A stretch of DNA of 32,000 bases from Methanopyrus kandleri AV19 (GTDB lineage Archaea; JAADCQ01; Methanopyri; Methanopyrales; Methanopyraceae): positions 1,662,970 to 1,694,969 of the forward strand of contig NC_003551.1 of NCBI RefSeq assembly GCF_000007185.1, read 5' to 3'. The position numbers and the translations under genes are program-made. Positions 24,251 to 32,000 of this stretch are shown here, piece by piece; within the stretch, counting starts at the first letter, position 1; every line of letters starts with the position of its first letter. The notes below the pieces were generated by a model. That model saw only the letters and a list, made by a program, of their open reading frames with translations. It was not told the origin of the DNA and searched no databases.

Positions 24251-24836
24251 CCCGTTTCTCCATCGTTATCAGGACGCGCTTACCGGCCGATTGAAATCTG
24301 ACGAGCTTCCAGTCCATATCCCTCATGATGCCGACCACGGTGCCCGGAGATACCCAGGCGTTGTTACCGGTGAAAACGTGGATGAGTCTCGTAGCCACGC
24401 GGGCCGCTCGGCTCGTAGGGTCGGGCAGTACCACGGCCATCCTACATCCGCGAGCTGCTACCCTGTCTACCTCTTTCAGGGCCCTGATCACGTCGAGGTG
24501 CTGGAGTATCTCGGAAAGGACGATACCGTCGAAGCACGCGTCCGGGAAAGGTAAATTATGAGCGTCAGCCCGGACGAACTTAACGTTGGGTAGCCGGTTT
24601 CGGGACTGCGAAGCTTCCACCATCTTCCTGTTGATGTCCACACCCACGACTCGGTCACATACGGCGGCGAGCTTGCGCGTCAGGTAACCGGTCGCGCAAC
24701 CGACGTCAAGGACTCGACAACATCCTTTAAGATCTCGCAGAATCTCTTTGACGAGGTGTTTCGGCAGCGAAAGGGGGGAACGCTCGTATACTCGGGAAAG
24801 TAGCCCGTAGAATACCCTCTGCCGTGTCCCTTCCAC
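24213..24836 (-). CDS. Class I SAM-dependent methyltransferase
   Basis: 207 aa. VLDVGCATGYLT (motif I), VVGVDIN (motif II) and FDGIVLSEILQHL. The stop overlaps the B3/4 gene by ~30-38 nt. Confidence 0.8.
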   Translation of the reverse strand: MEGTRQRVFYGLLSRVYERSPLSLPKHLVKEILRDLKGCCRVLDVGCATGYLTRKLAAVCDRVVGVDINRKMVEASQSRNRLPNVKFVRADAHNLPFPDACFDGIVLSEILQHLDVIRALKEVDRVAARGCRMAVVLPDPTSRAARVATRLIHVFTGNNAWVSPGTVVGIMRDMDWKLVRFQSAGKRVLITMEKRGAGDAGRSGPGG

Positions 24837-24886
24837 AGCAGTACGTATCTCTCACACCCCCCTCGTGCGGCGCGGGGTGAACGGTT

Positions 24887-25717
24887 GTGATCAAAAGAAT
24901 ACTCCCGTGCACTGTGCTGGCCATGATAGTCTGTACCGCGGTAGGACTCCAACCCGCTCATTCGGAAAAGGCTCCCGTACCGAAACCACCGAAGCTGGAG
25001 GAGAAGAAAGAGGAAGAAAAGAAAGAAGAAAAGGAGAGAAAAGAGTCGACCTTGAAACCGGGCAAGTACAAGGTCGCGGAAGCGGACTTCAAGAACGGGG
25101 TCGTGTACTTAAAACCCCTGTACAAGCCTAAGCCGGTCATCCCAGTGAAGGTCCCTCCACGGGTCATCCGAAAGCTACGTCCCGGCACCGTCGTCGAAGT
25201 TCACCAGCGCGGTAGCAGTACCGTGATCAGAACCGCGAGTGGGACCGCGGAAGGTTCAACGGTAATAACCCGTACCGAGTCCTCCTCGGGCACGATGGGT
25301 CACACGACCTCTTCGAGCGAGGCTCTTCAAACTGGGTCAACATCGTCGTCGACATCGACACCGTCACACACTTCGGTGGGTACCTCGGCGGGTGCGGGAA
25401 CGTACGGGAACACCACCGTGAATGCGAAGGAGAAGACCGTATCGTCAGAGGGCGGAAAAACGGCGGGATCGTCCAAATCGAAGGAAAGTAAGGGTAAGCG
25501 GGAAAAGAAGGAGAAGAACCGAAGCAGCAAGGAGAAAATAAAGGTGAAAAGGCCGAAGAGTTCCGGATCGTCCGATCTAGAACTACAGCGTGAAGCGAGT
25601 AGCGGAAGCTCGTCAGGATGGGCGCCCTATCTAGTGGCTATCGCCCTGGTAGGAGCGGCCACCGGTGGCATGTGGCTCGTCAAGCAGCGGAGGTCGACGA
25701 CGTGGGAGTGGGAGTAA
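24887..25717 (+). CDS. Secreted, C-terminally anchored low-complexity (Lys/Glu- and Ser/Thr-rich) surface protein
   Basis: 276 aa. The N-terminal signal-like segment is MIKRILPCTVLAMIVCTAVGLQPAHS. It is followed by a KE-rich block, a long S/T/G tract with an NTT sequon, and a K-rich block. The C-terminus is …SSSGW-APYLVAIALVGAATGGMWLV-KQRR, which is a TM helix followed by a basic cluster. Confidence 0.6.
   Translation: MIKRILPCTVLAMIVCTAVGLQPAHSEKAPVPKPPKLEEKKEEEKKEEKERKESTLKPGKYKVAEADFKNGVVYLKPLYKPKPVIPVKVPPRVIRKLRPGTVVEVHQRGSSTVIRTASGTAEGSTVITRTESSSGTMGHTTSSSEALQTGSTSSSTSTPSHTSVGTSAGAGTYGNTTVNAKEKTVSSEGGKTAGSSKSKESKGKREKKEKNRSSKEKIKVKRPKSSGSSDLELQREASSGSSSGWAPYLVAIALVGAATGGMWLVKQRRSTTWEWE
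24997..25045 (+). repeat. 49-nt uninterrupted polypurine tract (coding EEKKEEEKKEEKERKE)
   Basis: Read directly: ggaggagaagaaagaggaagaaaagaaagaagaaaaggagagaaaagag contains only A and G on the + strand. Confidence 0.8.
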
Positions 25718-25740
25718 AGGAACCCACCGGACCGCGAACA

Positions 25741-25765
25741 TTTTGATCTCCGAGTACTGATTTTT
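25741..25765 (+). terminator. Candidate archaeal oligo-T terminator (T4 at 25741-25744, T5 at 25761-25765)
   Basis: These are the only T-runs in the 64-nt spacer after the stop at 25715-25717. Archaeal RNAP terminates at oligo-T stretches. Confidence 0.3.
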
Positions 25766-25781
25766 CGCACGGGGACCACGC

Positions 25782-26153
25782 ATGTTTGAAGGGACTGGGT
25801 TTGGGTGGGTAGAATACGGCGGCGAGAGGTACAATCACGATATTTACGTGACAACCGAAGGGAAGGTTCACCGGCGTGAGAAGGGACTCTCCAGGAGTAA
25901 GTTCGGCACCAGCCATAACCTGGCGGCCGACGAGTTGAGACGACTCCTGGAGTTGTGCGACGAGGAGCCGGAGGTCATCGTGGTGGGGACGGGCCAGAGC
26001 GGTGTTCTGTCCGTTACGGAAGAAGCCCGGGAGTTCTGCGAGGAGCGAGGGATAGAGCTCGTAGAGGCCCCAACTCCGGAGGCGATAGAGCGGTACAACG
26101 AGCTCAAAGATAAGGGCAAAAAAGTGGCGGCCGTGATTCATACGACGTGCTAG
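25782..26153 (+). CDS. Mth938-like (DUF498) domain protein
   Basis: 123 aa. …[23 protein letters not shown]…[11 protein letters not shown]…[46 protein letters not shown]…VAAVIHTTC fits the Mth938 family pattern as I recall it. Confidence 0.6.
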
Positions 26154-26914
26154 GAGGGCCCGAACTCCACCTCGATGTATTCTTTCGTACGTTCGTCCTG
26201 AGGATCGGTGAACAGCTTCTCGGTGCTGTTCGCCTCGACTAGCTCGCCATGTAGGAAGAACGCGGTGTAGTCTCCAATCCGATACGCCTGAGGGAGCAAG
26301 TGTGTGACGAATACTATGGTCACTTCTCCTTTGAGCTCCATGACTGTCTCCTCGATTTTCCTCGTCGCAATCGGGTCGAGGTCGGAGGTGGGCTCGTCCA
26401 TCAGCAATACCTCGGGGCGCATCGCCAAAGCTCTCGCGATACAGAGCCTCTGCTGTTGACCACCGGATAGCGCTGAAGCCGGGTCGTCGAGTCTGTCCTC
26501 CACCTGGTCGAGTAGTGCGGCCTTCTCTAGTGCCTCGTACACGCGGTCTTCGATCTCATCCTCGTCCATACCCATCAGCCGGAGTCCGTAGGCGACGTTG
26601 TCGTAGATGGACATCCAGGGGAATGGGTTGGGGTGCTGGAACACCGTTCCAACACGGCGCCGGTGAGCGATGATATCGGCTTCATCCTCGTACTCCAGGA
26701 CGTTCTCGCCGTCGAAGATCACCTCTCCCTCCGTGCGCGCGTACGGAATTTCTTTGATCATTAAATTGAGGCAACGAAGGAACGTGGACTTACCGCAACC
26801 GGATGGTCCTATGATGGTGGTGATCTTCTTTTCTGGAATATCCAGAGTGATGCCCTTTAGTGCCTCCTCCTCGCCGTAGTACACGCGTAGATCACGTACC
26901 TCGAACGCCGTCAT
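26150..26914 (-). CDS. pstB: Phosphate ABC transporter ATP-binding protein
   Basis: 254 aa. [61 protein letters not shown] and [11 protein letters not shown] are the PstB-type N-terminus and ABC motifs. Confidence 0.95.
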
Positions 26915-26918
26915 TGGC

Positions 26919-28706
26919 TCAACCCCGCCGACCGATCTTCCTTTCGAACTTATCCCGCATGTAAATCGCCAAGAGGTTCAGCCCGAGCGTCACCGCGACC
27001 AGAACGGTCGCCGCGGCAAACGCCGTGGCGCGTGCTCCCGGCTCCATTAAGTACTCCTTGGCAATCAGATAAATGCGGAACGCCAGCGCGTCGGTAGGCT
27101 GGAGCACGTGAACGAACGGGTTGGTGCTGATCAACCCTATCATGACCGCGGTCAGGATGATCGGCGCGGCCTCCTCCGCCGCTCGACACATCGACAGCGT
27201 GATTCCGGCCGTAATTCCCGGTTTCGCCATCGGTAGCAGTACGTCCCTGACAACGTGGAACCAAGAGGCGCCCATACCCCGTGCCGCCTCGACGTACTCC
27301 CGCGGTACGGACCTGAAGGCCTCCTCCGCCGTCCTCACCATCACTGGGAGATTCATGACTGCCAACGTCAACGCTCCTGCGAGGACCGAGTATCCCATCT
27401 TCATGTAAACCACGAAGAGCGTCGCACCGAACAGTCCGTAGACGATAGAGGGAACTCCGGCGAGAGTGTCGATCGCGAACCGAACTGCGCGGGTGAAGGC
27501 GGTGTCGCCTGCGAACTCCGCGAGGTAGAGCGCCGTCGGAATTCCGATCAGCGCCGCGAAAACTGTCGAGTAGAACATCAGCGCTAGGGTTCCCAACAAG
27601 GCGGGGTATAACGAGCTGTGGACGGGGTCCCCGATGTTGATAGGACCGAACAGGATGTTCCAGCTGAGCGCCCCTACACCGTTGGCGAAGATGTAACCCG
27701 TTATCCCCACTAGAGCAGCCGCCGCTATCACACCGGCCAGCACCATCAATCCGGTCATCAGTTTACTCACGATTACCGGATTCAGCCGAGCGTGGTGTGA
27801 CTTGCGCTTCCTGACACGGATACGACCCGTACGCCTCCGGTAACGGTACGCCAGAACGATCACACCGGTTACCATCAGCATCAGCACGAGGCCTCCGAAG
27901 TACAGAGCGTAATACCCAGGTGAGCCCACCGGCAGTACGGTAGCCTGAAGCAGGATATGAGCCGAAAGCGGTCGACACGGATCCAGCGGTGAGGTAGGTA
28001 TCATCAAGGCGGCACCGGCGACCAACGCCACGGCAACGGTCTCACCCATCGCCCTCAGAGTACCCAGCATGCCTCCGGCCGTGATACCAGACCTAGCCGC
28101 GGGCCACAGTACGGTCCTCACCACCTGCCATCGAGTCGCTCCCATTCCCAACGCGGCCTCCACGTACTCTCGCGGAACCGCCCTCATCGCTTCCATCATC
28201 ACGCTGGTCATGTAAGGAAGGATCATGATGGCGACTATAATGCCCGCCACGAGTACCGAGTAACCCGTAGGAGCCCCGAGATACTCCCTGGCGAACGGGA
28301 CGAGAGTCAGAATACCGAACAGACCGTACACGACTGAAGGTATACCGGCCAGCATGTCGATCGCAGGTCGCAAGGTCCGTCTGAGGATCCTTGGAGCGAA
28401 CTCGGCCAGATAAGTCGCGCAAAGCAGCGAAATCGGGAAGGCTATCACCACGGCTATGAGCGTCACGTATAGCGTCGAGATTATCATAGGGAGCAATCCT
28501 AACCGTGGAGGGTAGCTGTCGGGCCTCCAGACGGTACCGAACAGTATGTCGATCACGGAATCATATTGCAGAGCTTTAACGCCGTTCAGCGTGAGGAACA
28601 AGTAAATCCCGATCACCGCGGCGATCGAGATGGCGGCCGCCGCGGTGGCCGACTTAATTAGATTCTCAGACTCCTGGGCTTGCTTCGCGGCAACTTCCCG
28701 CATCAC
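26919..28706 (-). CDS. pstCA: Fused phosphate ABC transporter permease PstC-PstA
   Basis: 595 aa with two complete permease modules. The PstC-like half (approx. 27810-28706) reads …[26 protein letters not shown]…[17 protein letters not shown]. The PstA-like half (approx. 26919-27809) reads …[18 protein letters not shown]…[17 protein letters not shown]. They are joined by a basic linker, [22 protein letters not shown] 28703 (GGGGGA 6 nt upstream) is the likely start. Confidence 0.9.
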
Positions 28707-28727
28707 TGGTCCCCCGGTGGGATTTGA

Positions 28728-28739
28728 TAAAGATCTTTA
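28728..28739. repeat. 12-bp perfect palindrome TAAAGATCTTTA in the pstS-pstCA spacer
   Basis: Read directly. It is the AT-rich centre of a 63-nt intergenic spacer inside the pst operon. Confidence 0.5.
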
Positions 28740-28769
28740 GGAGGATCGAAGAGGAGCCGCCCAACTCCG

Positions 28770-29759
28770 TTACTTAACTAGCGGTTTGATCTCTATGTAC
28801 GGCTTCTTAGAGAACAGCGGTGCATCCTCGGGTACCGGGACGTATCCCACCTTCTCCGCGAACTCCTTGTTGACGTCCGGCTTCCTGATCCACTTGATCA
28901 AAGCGATCGCCGTCTTCGGGGCATTGGAGCGGTCGATGATCAGGTACTCGGCCCTGACCAGTGGGTACTTCTTCGCGATGATCGTCTGCTCGTTGGCTTC
29001 AACACCGTTGACTTTCAGCGGCTTCACCGCGCTCGGCACCTTACCGCCCTTCTTGGCTTTGACGACGTAGGCGTAATCCACGTAACCGATAGCGTACGGC
29101 GTCTTCTCTACCTTCTCCAGGACCTCCGAGTTAGACCCACAGAGGATGGCGTCCTTGGTGTAATCCTGGATGTTTAGGTACTTGTCAAACGTTGACCGCG
29201 TGCCTGAACCCTTCGCACGACCGATTACGACGATTTTCTTGTGTGGTAGACCCGGCTTCACCTGATCCCAGTACTTGATCTTACCGGTATAGATGTCCCT
29301 AAGCGTCTTCGGGTCGATGTCGTCTAACTGGCCTAGCGTCTTCCCATTCACGATCGGTACAATCGCTGATAGGACCACAGGACACATCACAGGATCACTT
29401 AACTGCTGAGCTTCTTCAGGCTTCAGTGGTCTCGATGCCATAGCGATATCGAACGTTCCCTCAATGAGACCCTTAATACCTGCGGAGGATCCACCATCAG
29501 AAACCATCAACTGTACGGGCTCGTCAGGTAGTCCTTGAACACCCACTTGTTCGCCAATCTGCTTCCATGTCATTCGGTGTTCTTCACCGACATAAGCTGC
29601 AACCTTCATCATAAATGGCATTAGACTCGTCGATCCTCCTATCCTTAGCTGTGTTTTTACTGCACCCGCTGTGGAGTAGTAGTAAGCCGCGCCTCCTGCG
29701 ATGACCGCGATCGCGACCACAGCCGCAATTAGGTACTTCTTCAAAATTTCACCCCCCAC
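28770..29759 (-). CDS. pstS: Phosphate-binding protein PstS (membrane-anchored substrate-binding protein)
   Basis: 329 aa. It has an N-terminal hydrophobic anchor KKYLIAAVVAIAVIAGGAAYYY, then …RIGGSTSLMPF…, …DGGSSAGI… and GRAKGSGTRSTFDKYL, which is a PstS/PBP-like fold. TTG 29744 (preceded by GGGGGGTGAAAT) may be the true start rather than GTG 29759. Confidence 0.85.
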   Translation of the reverse strand: MGGEILKKYLIAAVVAIAVIAGGAAYYYSTAGAVKTQLRIGGSTSLMPFMMKVAAYVGEEHRMTWKQIGEQVGVQGLPDEPVQLMVSDGGSSAGIKGLIEGTFDIAMASRPLKPEEAQQLSDPVMCPVVLSAIVPIVNGKTLGQLDDIDPKTLRDIYTGKIKYWDQVKPGLPHKKIVVIGRAKGSGTRSTFDKYLNIQDYTKDAILCGSNSEVLEKVEKTPYAIGYVDYAYVVKAKKGGKVPSAVKPLKVNGVEANEQTIIAKKYPLVRAEYLIIDRSNAPKTAIALIKWIRKPDVNKEFAEKVGYVPVPEDAPLFSKKPYIEIKPLVK

Positions 29760-29786
29760 TGAACCACAAGAGATTGCATTATAAAG

Positions 29787-30719
29787 TTGACGGAACTTGA
29801 TCGGAAGTTCCTAAAATGTGAAGGGGGGTCTGCTCTGCGGCAGTGCCGGATTTGCGGAATACCTGAGACCGTTGACGGAGTAGAACTGGACGAAAGCGGC
29901 GTGTGCAGGGCCTGCCGACGACAGATCCGGCACATACCCAGCAGGAAGGAGCTCCGCGAAAAAGTCCGGAAGGCCCTCGAGAACTCGGAGAAGGTCCTGG
30001 TGGCGGTTTCAGGAGGTCTGGATAGCCTCGCTGCGTTGGGACTCGCCTTGAGAATCTGCGATGAAGTAGTAGCGCTGACTGTGGACACCGGTGCGCTCCA
30101 CCCGGAGGCCTGGCGGAGGATAATCCTGGCTCGGAGGATGTCTGGTATAGAGTGGGAAATCATCGGCGACCAAAAGCCGTTCTTGAAGTTGTTCGAAGAG
30201 AGATTGACCCGAGCCGAGTCACCGTGTGGACCATGCTCACGTATGATCACGCGAAGATACGAACGGAGGGCTCGGGAACTCGGTGTGGACGCCATAGTAA
30301 CTGGACATGAGCTACCTCACGGGACGTCACCTGTGGTCCCCAAGGACCCACCGGTGATTAGAGCGATGTGTGGAATGACGGAAAACGAGCGCCGGGAAAT
30401 CGTCGAAGAAGAGTTCGGACTGACTGTTGACAAGATATCGGGTTACACCTCTAACTGCATCGTACTACCGTTTGCCTTGAAGCTATTCTACATGAAATAT
30501 GGATACAGCTTTGAAGCACCACGGTTAGCAGCAATGGTACGATATGGATACATTTCTAGAGAAGATATGGAACAAATTATGACGCCTCCGACGTTATCTG
30601 ACCTCAAAGAACTGTTAAGGGAGTGCGAGGAATGGATTCCAGAAAGCTTAAAACAGATGTTACAGAAGGTTATCAACAAGATATCAAATTCGGATCTTGG
30701 ACGCGAAAATGGGGACTAA
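29787..30719 (+). CDS. PP-loop ATP pyrophosphatase superfamily protein with N-terminal Cys4 zinc ribbon
   Basis: 310 aa with a TTG start. CRICG…x14…GVCRACRR (Zn ribbon), VLVAVSGGLDSLAAL (the SGGxDS PP-loop), CGPCSRMITRR (a CxxC as in the TtcA/TtuA/LarE-type enzymes) and VTGHEL. The specific function is unresolved. Confidence 0.7.
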   Translation: MTELDRKFLKCEGGSALRQCRICGIPETVDGVELDESGVCRACRRQIRHIPSRKELREKVRKALENSEKVLVAVSGGLDSLAALGLALRICDEVVALTVDTGALHPEAWRRIILARRMSGIEWEIIGDQKPFLKLFEERLTRAESPCGPCSRMITRRYERRARELGVDAIVTGHELPHGTSPVVPKDPPVIRAMCGMTENERREIVEEEFGLTVDKISGYTSNCIVLPFALKLFYMKYGYSFEAPRLAAMVRYGYISREDMEQIMTPPTLSDLKELLRECEEWIPESLKQMLQKVINKISNSDLGRENGD

Positions 30720-31531
30720 AATCACTTTCAGAACTTCTGGAGCTTTTAAGGAAAAAAGTTAGTGGCAAAAAAATTTGTGTTCTGATTTCAGGCGGGATGG
30801 ATAGTGCTGTTGCAACGAAGATTTTACAGTTGTCTAATACCGATGTGAGAGGACTTCATATAACACATAGATGGATGTGGTTCACGCCGGAGATTGAAAT
30901 CAAACGAATATCTAAAATGCTCGGGATTAAGATAGACGTTGTTGATATAACTGATGAGTTAAGGCGTAGACTTCGAGGTGCTAAAGGCAAATCTGTGTGT
31001 AAAATATGCAAGAAGATTATGTTGGAGATAGCTGTTAGTAAGGCCAGTGTTGTGGCCACGGGAGAATGTGGTATGGACACCATAGCGGGTGCCGTTTTGG
31101 ACGTGTCGAGGCGAACCGGGATCGAACCGGAGTTCGTCCAGTTGCCCAAGAGGTACTTCAACGGAGACGATCGCATCATCGTGCGGCCGCTGATCCGCAT
31201 CCACGAGAGCGACGTGAAGAGGCTCGCCAGGCTTCTAGGTGTGAAAGTACGACGGGTCGGGGAGACCGGGGATCTCCGTAGGGGACGCCGTGAAGGGTGT
31301 CCGCTCCAACACCTGGACCCGTGGGTGGACGTTACCGATGAGCTGATGGACGAAGTCTGGGACGTCAACGTAGAGGCGTTACTCGTAGCCAGGAGGTTAG
31401 GGCGTCGGGTATCCGTGAAGTGGCCATCGTTCAGGATCATATTGGAAGGAAGTCCCGAAGAGCGACGTCACGTTGCGGAGTGTGTCTGGTACAGGTGGGT
31501 TCGAGCTGGAAGACCCCGCCGGTACAGGTAG
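30632..31531 (+). CDS. PP-loop ATP pyrophosphatase superfamily protein (LarE/TIGR00268-like layout)
   Basis: ICVLISGGMDSAVATKIL (PP-loop), CKICKK, VATGEC, …IHESDVKRLARLLGV…, EGCPLQH, RRVSVKWPSFRIILEG. The start is ATG 30632 or GTG 30623, and either overlaps the upstream paralogue by ~90 nt in a different frame. Confidence 0.7.
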   Translation: MDSRKLKTDVTEGYQQDIKFGSWTRKWGLKSLSELLELLRKKVSGKKICVLISGGMDSAVATKILQLSNTDVRGLHITHRWMWFTPEIEIKRISKMLGIKIDVVDITDELRRRLRGAKGKSVCKICKKIMLEIAVSKASVVATGECGMDTIAGAVLDVSRRTGIEPEFVQLPKRYFNGDDRIIVRPLIRIHESDVKRLARLLGVKVRRVGETGDLRRGRREGCPLQHLDPWVDVTDELMDEVWDVNVEALLVARRLGRRVSVKWPSFRIILEGSPEERRHVAECVWYRWVRAGRPRRYR

Positions 31532-32000
31532 AGTCCTATCGTGGCTATCAACGTTACCGCGACTATCAGCGCCGCCACCGATCCCCAGCCTGAGACTACG
31601 GGTTCCGGTCTCTCACGCTCCATGACCCTGGCCGACTCTGAAGGGTGTTCGTGCGATTTCTTTCCGGTTTTCTCAGAGGAGGGACTGGCGGTCCTCGTCC
31701 CACCCACGGTGGTTCTTGAAACCTCTCCTTCGGTGCCGGATGCTACCCCAACGGACGACTTCCGCGCGGTGGTCACTGATGTCGCCGTCGAGCCGCGACC
31801 GTACCCGCCCGCACCGGTGTTCGGAGTACCTCCACCCGCAGCGACTCGTCTGGATACATGGGCCGTGGTAGACCTCGACGTGGAGTACCCCGCAGGATGT
31901 TCCTTGACGACTGTGGTCGCACCACCACGAGGGTGTTCGGTCTCGGATCGCGTCACGGTTCTCCCGGAAGTCCTTCCGGAAGGTTGTCTAGGTTCCGTCG
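31468..32000 (-). CDS. Ser/Thr/Gly-rich C-terminally anchored protein (paralogue-like of 24887..25717); probably 5'-truncated by the window edge
   Basis: The frame stays open from 31956 to the window end with no stop (…TEPRQPSGRTSGRTVTRSETEH…). The C-terminus is …PEPVVSGW-GSVAALIVAVTLIATIGLYLY-RRG…, the same motif + TM + basic layout as the 24887 gene. Its last 64 nt overlap the convergent PP-loop gene. Confidence 0.5.
   Translation of the reverse strand, partial: TEPRQPSGRTSGRTVTRSETEHPRGGATTVVKEHPAGYSTSRSTTAHVSRRVAAGGGTPNTGAGGYGRGSTATSVTTARKSSVGVASGTEGEVSRTTVGGTRTASPSSEKTGKKSHEHPSESARVMERERPEPVVSGWGSVAALIVAVTLIATIGLYLYRRGLPARTHLYQTHSAT

Noticed and set aside
29778-29785. ATTATAAA as a TATA box for the first PP-loop gene
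   Set aside because: It ends 1 nt before the TTG start codon at 29787, too close to direct a transcript containing that start. No alternative in-frame ATG, GTG or TTG follows the strong GGGGGGT at 29823-29830. I left this unresolved rather than calling it a promoter.
1-32000. CRISPR arrays, rRNA genes, C/D-box sRNAs, transposons and defence islands
   Set aside because: Reading the few non-coding spacers (4860-4921, 7442-7637, 15274-15391, 15857-15912, 24837-24886, 25718-25781, 28707-28769) showed none of these. There are no regularly spaced direct repeats, no RUGAUGA…CUGA box pairs in plausible geometry, and no transposase or integrase ORFs. Almost all of the window is occupied by recognisable housekeeping genes.

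Overview
High-GC, almost gap-free archaeal chromosome segment of about 37 protein genes and one tRNA, with roughly 97% of the window coding. Four things I recognise point to Methanopyrus kandleri or a very close relative: the 154-aa doublet histone HMk, a fused CbiZ-CobZ protein (CbiS), a PSTK gene, and a tRNA gene encoding C at position 8. This is recognition from memory, not a database hit.

Content, left to right:
- A minus-strand run of eight tightly packed genes: rpiA, tpiA, phi, pgk, a SPOUT-like gene, rpl21e, rpoF and a DUF655 gene.
- Divergent from that run, the carB C-terminal half and prs.
- tRNA-Ser(GCU).
- A translationally coupled cobamide salvage operon: cbiS, cobS, cobY and a PRC-barrel gene.
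- atpB (interrupted by an intein) and atpD, followed by three uncharacterised genes that include a 37-codon membrane ORF absent from the ORF track.
- The HMk histone, then hef and pstK.
- An ArsA/Get3-like ATPase and a PHP phosphoesterase.
- A methyltransferase, B3/4-domain and rtcB operon, with rtcB interrupted by an intein.
- A Ser/Thr-rich surface protein and an Mth938-like protein.
- pstS, a fused pstCA, and pstB.
- Two tandem PP-loop ATPases.
- A second Ser/Thr/Gly-rich anchored protein that runs off the right edge.

I found no CRISPR array, rRNA, transposase, integrase or recognisable defence system. The only mobile elements are the two LAGLIDADG inteins. I cannot point to a clear novel multi-gene system.

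The leads I consider most worth follow-up:
- An XRE-like HTH embedded in the atpB intein, and that intein's Ser-Asn terminus.
- A shared SGW + TM + basic C-terminal anchor in two paralogous low-complexity surface proteins.
- The methyltransferase-B3/4-RtcB operon.
- The uncharacterised genes co-oriented with atpBD.
- The tandem PP-loop pair.
- Palindromic double Shine-Dalgarno elements between head-to-head genes.
- CTAG shared stop codons between convergent genes.
- Low-GC patches that ignore gene boundaries.
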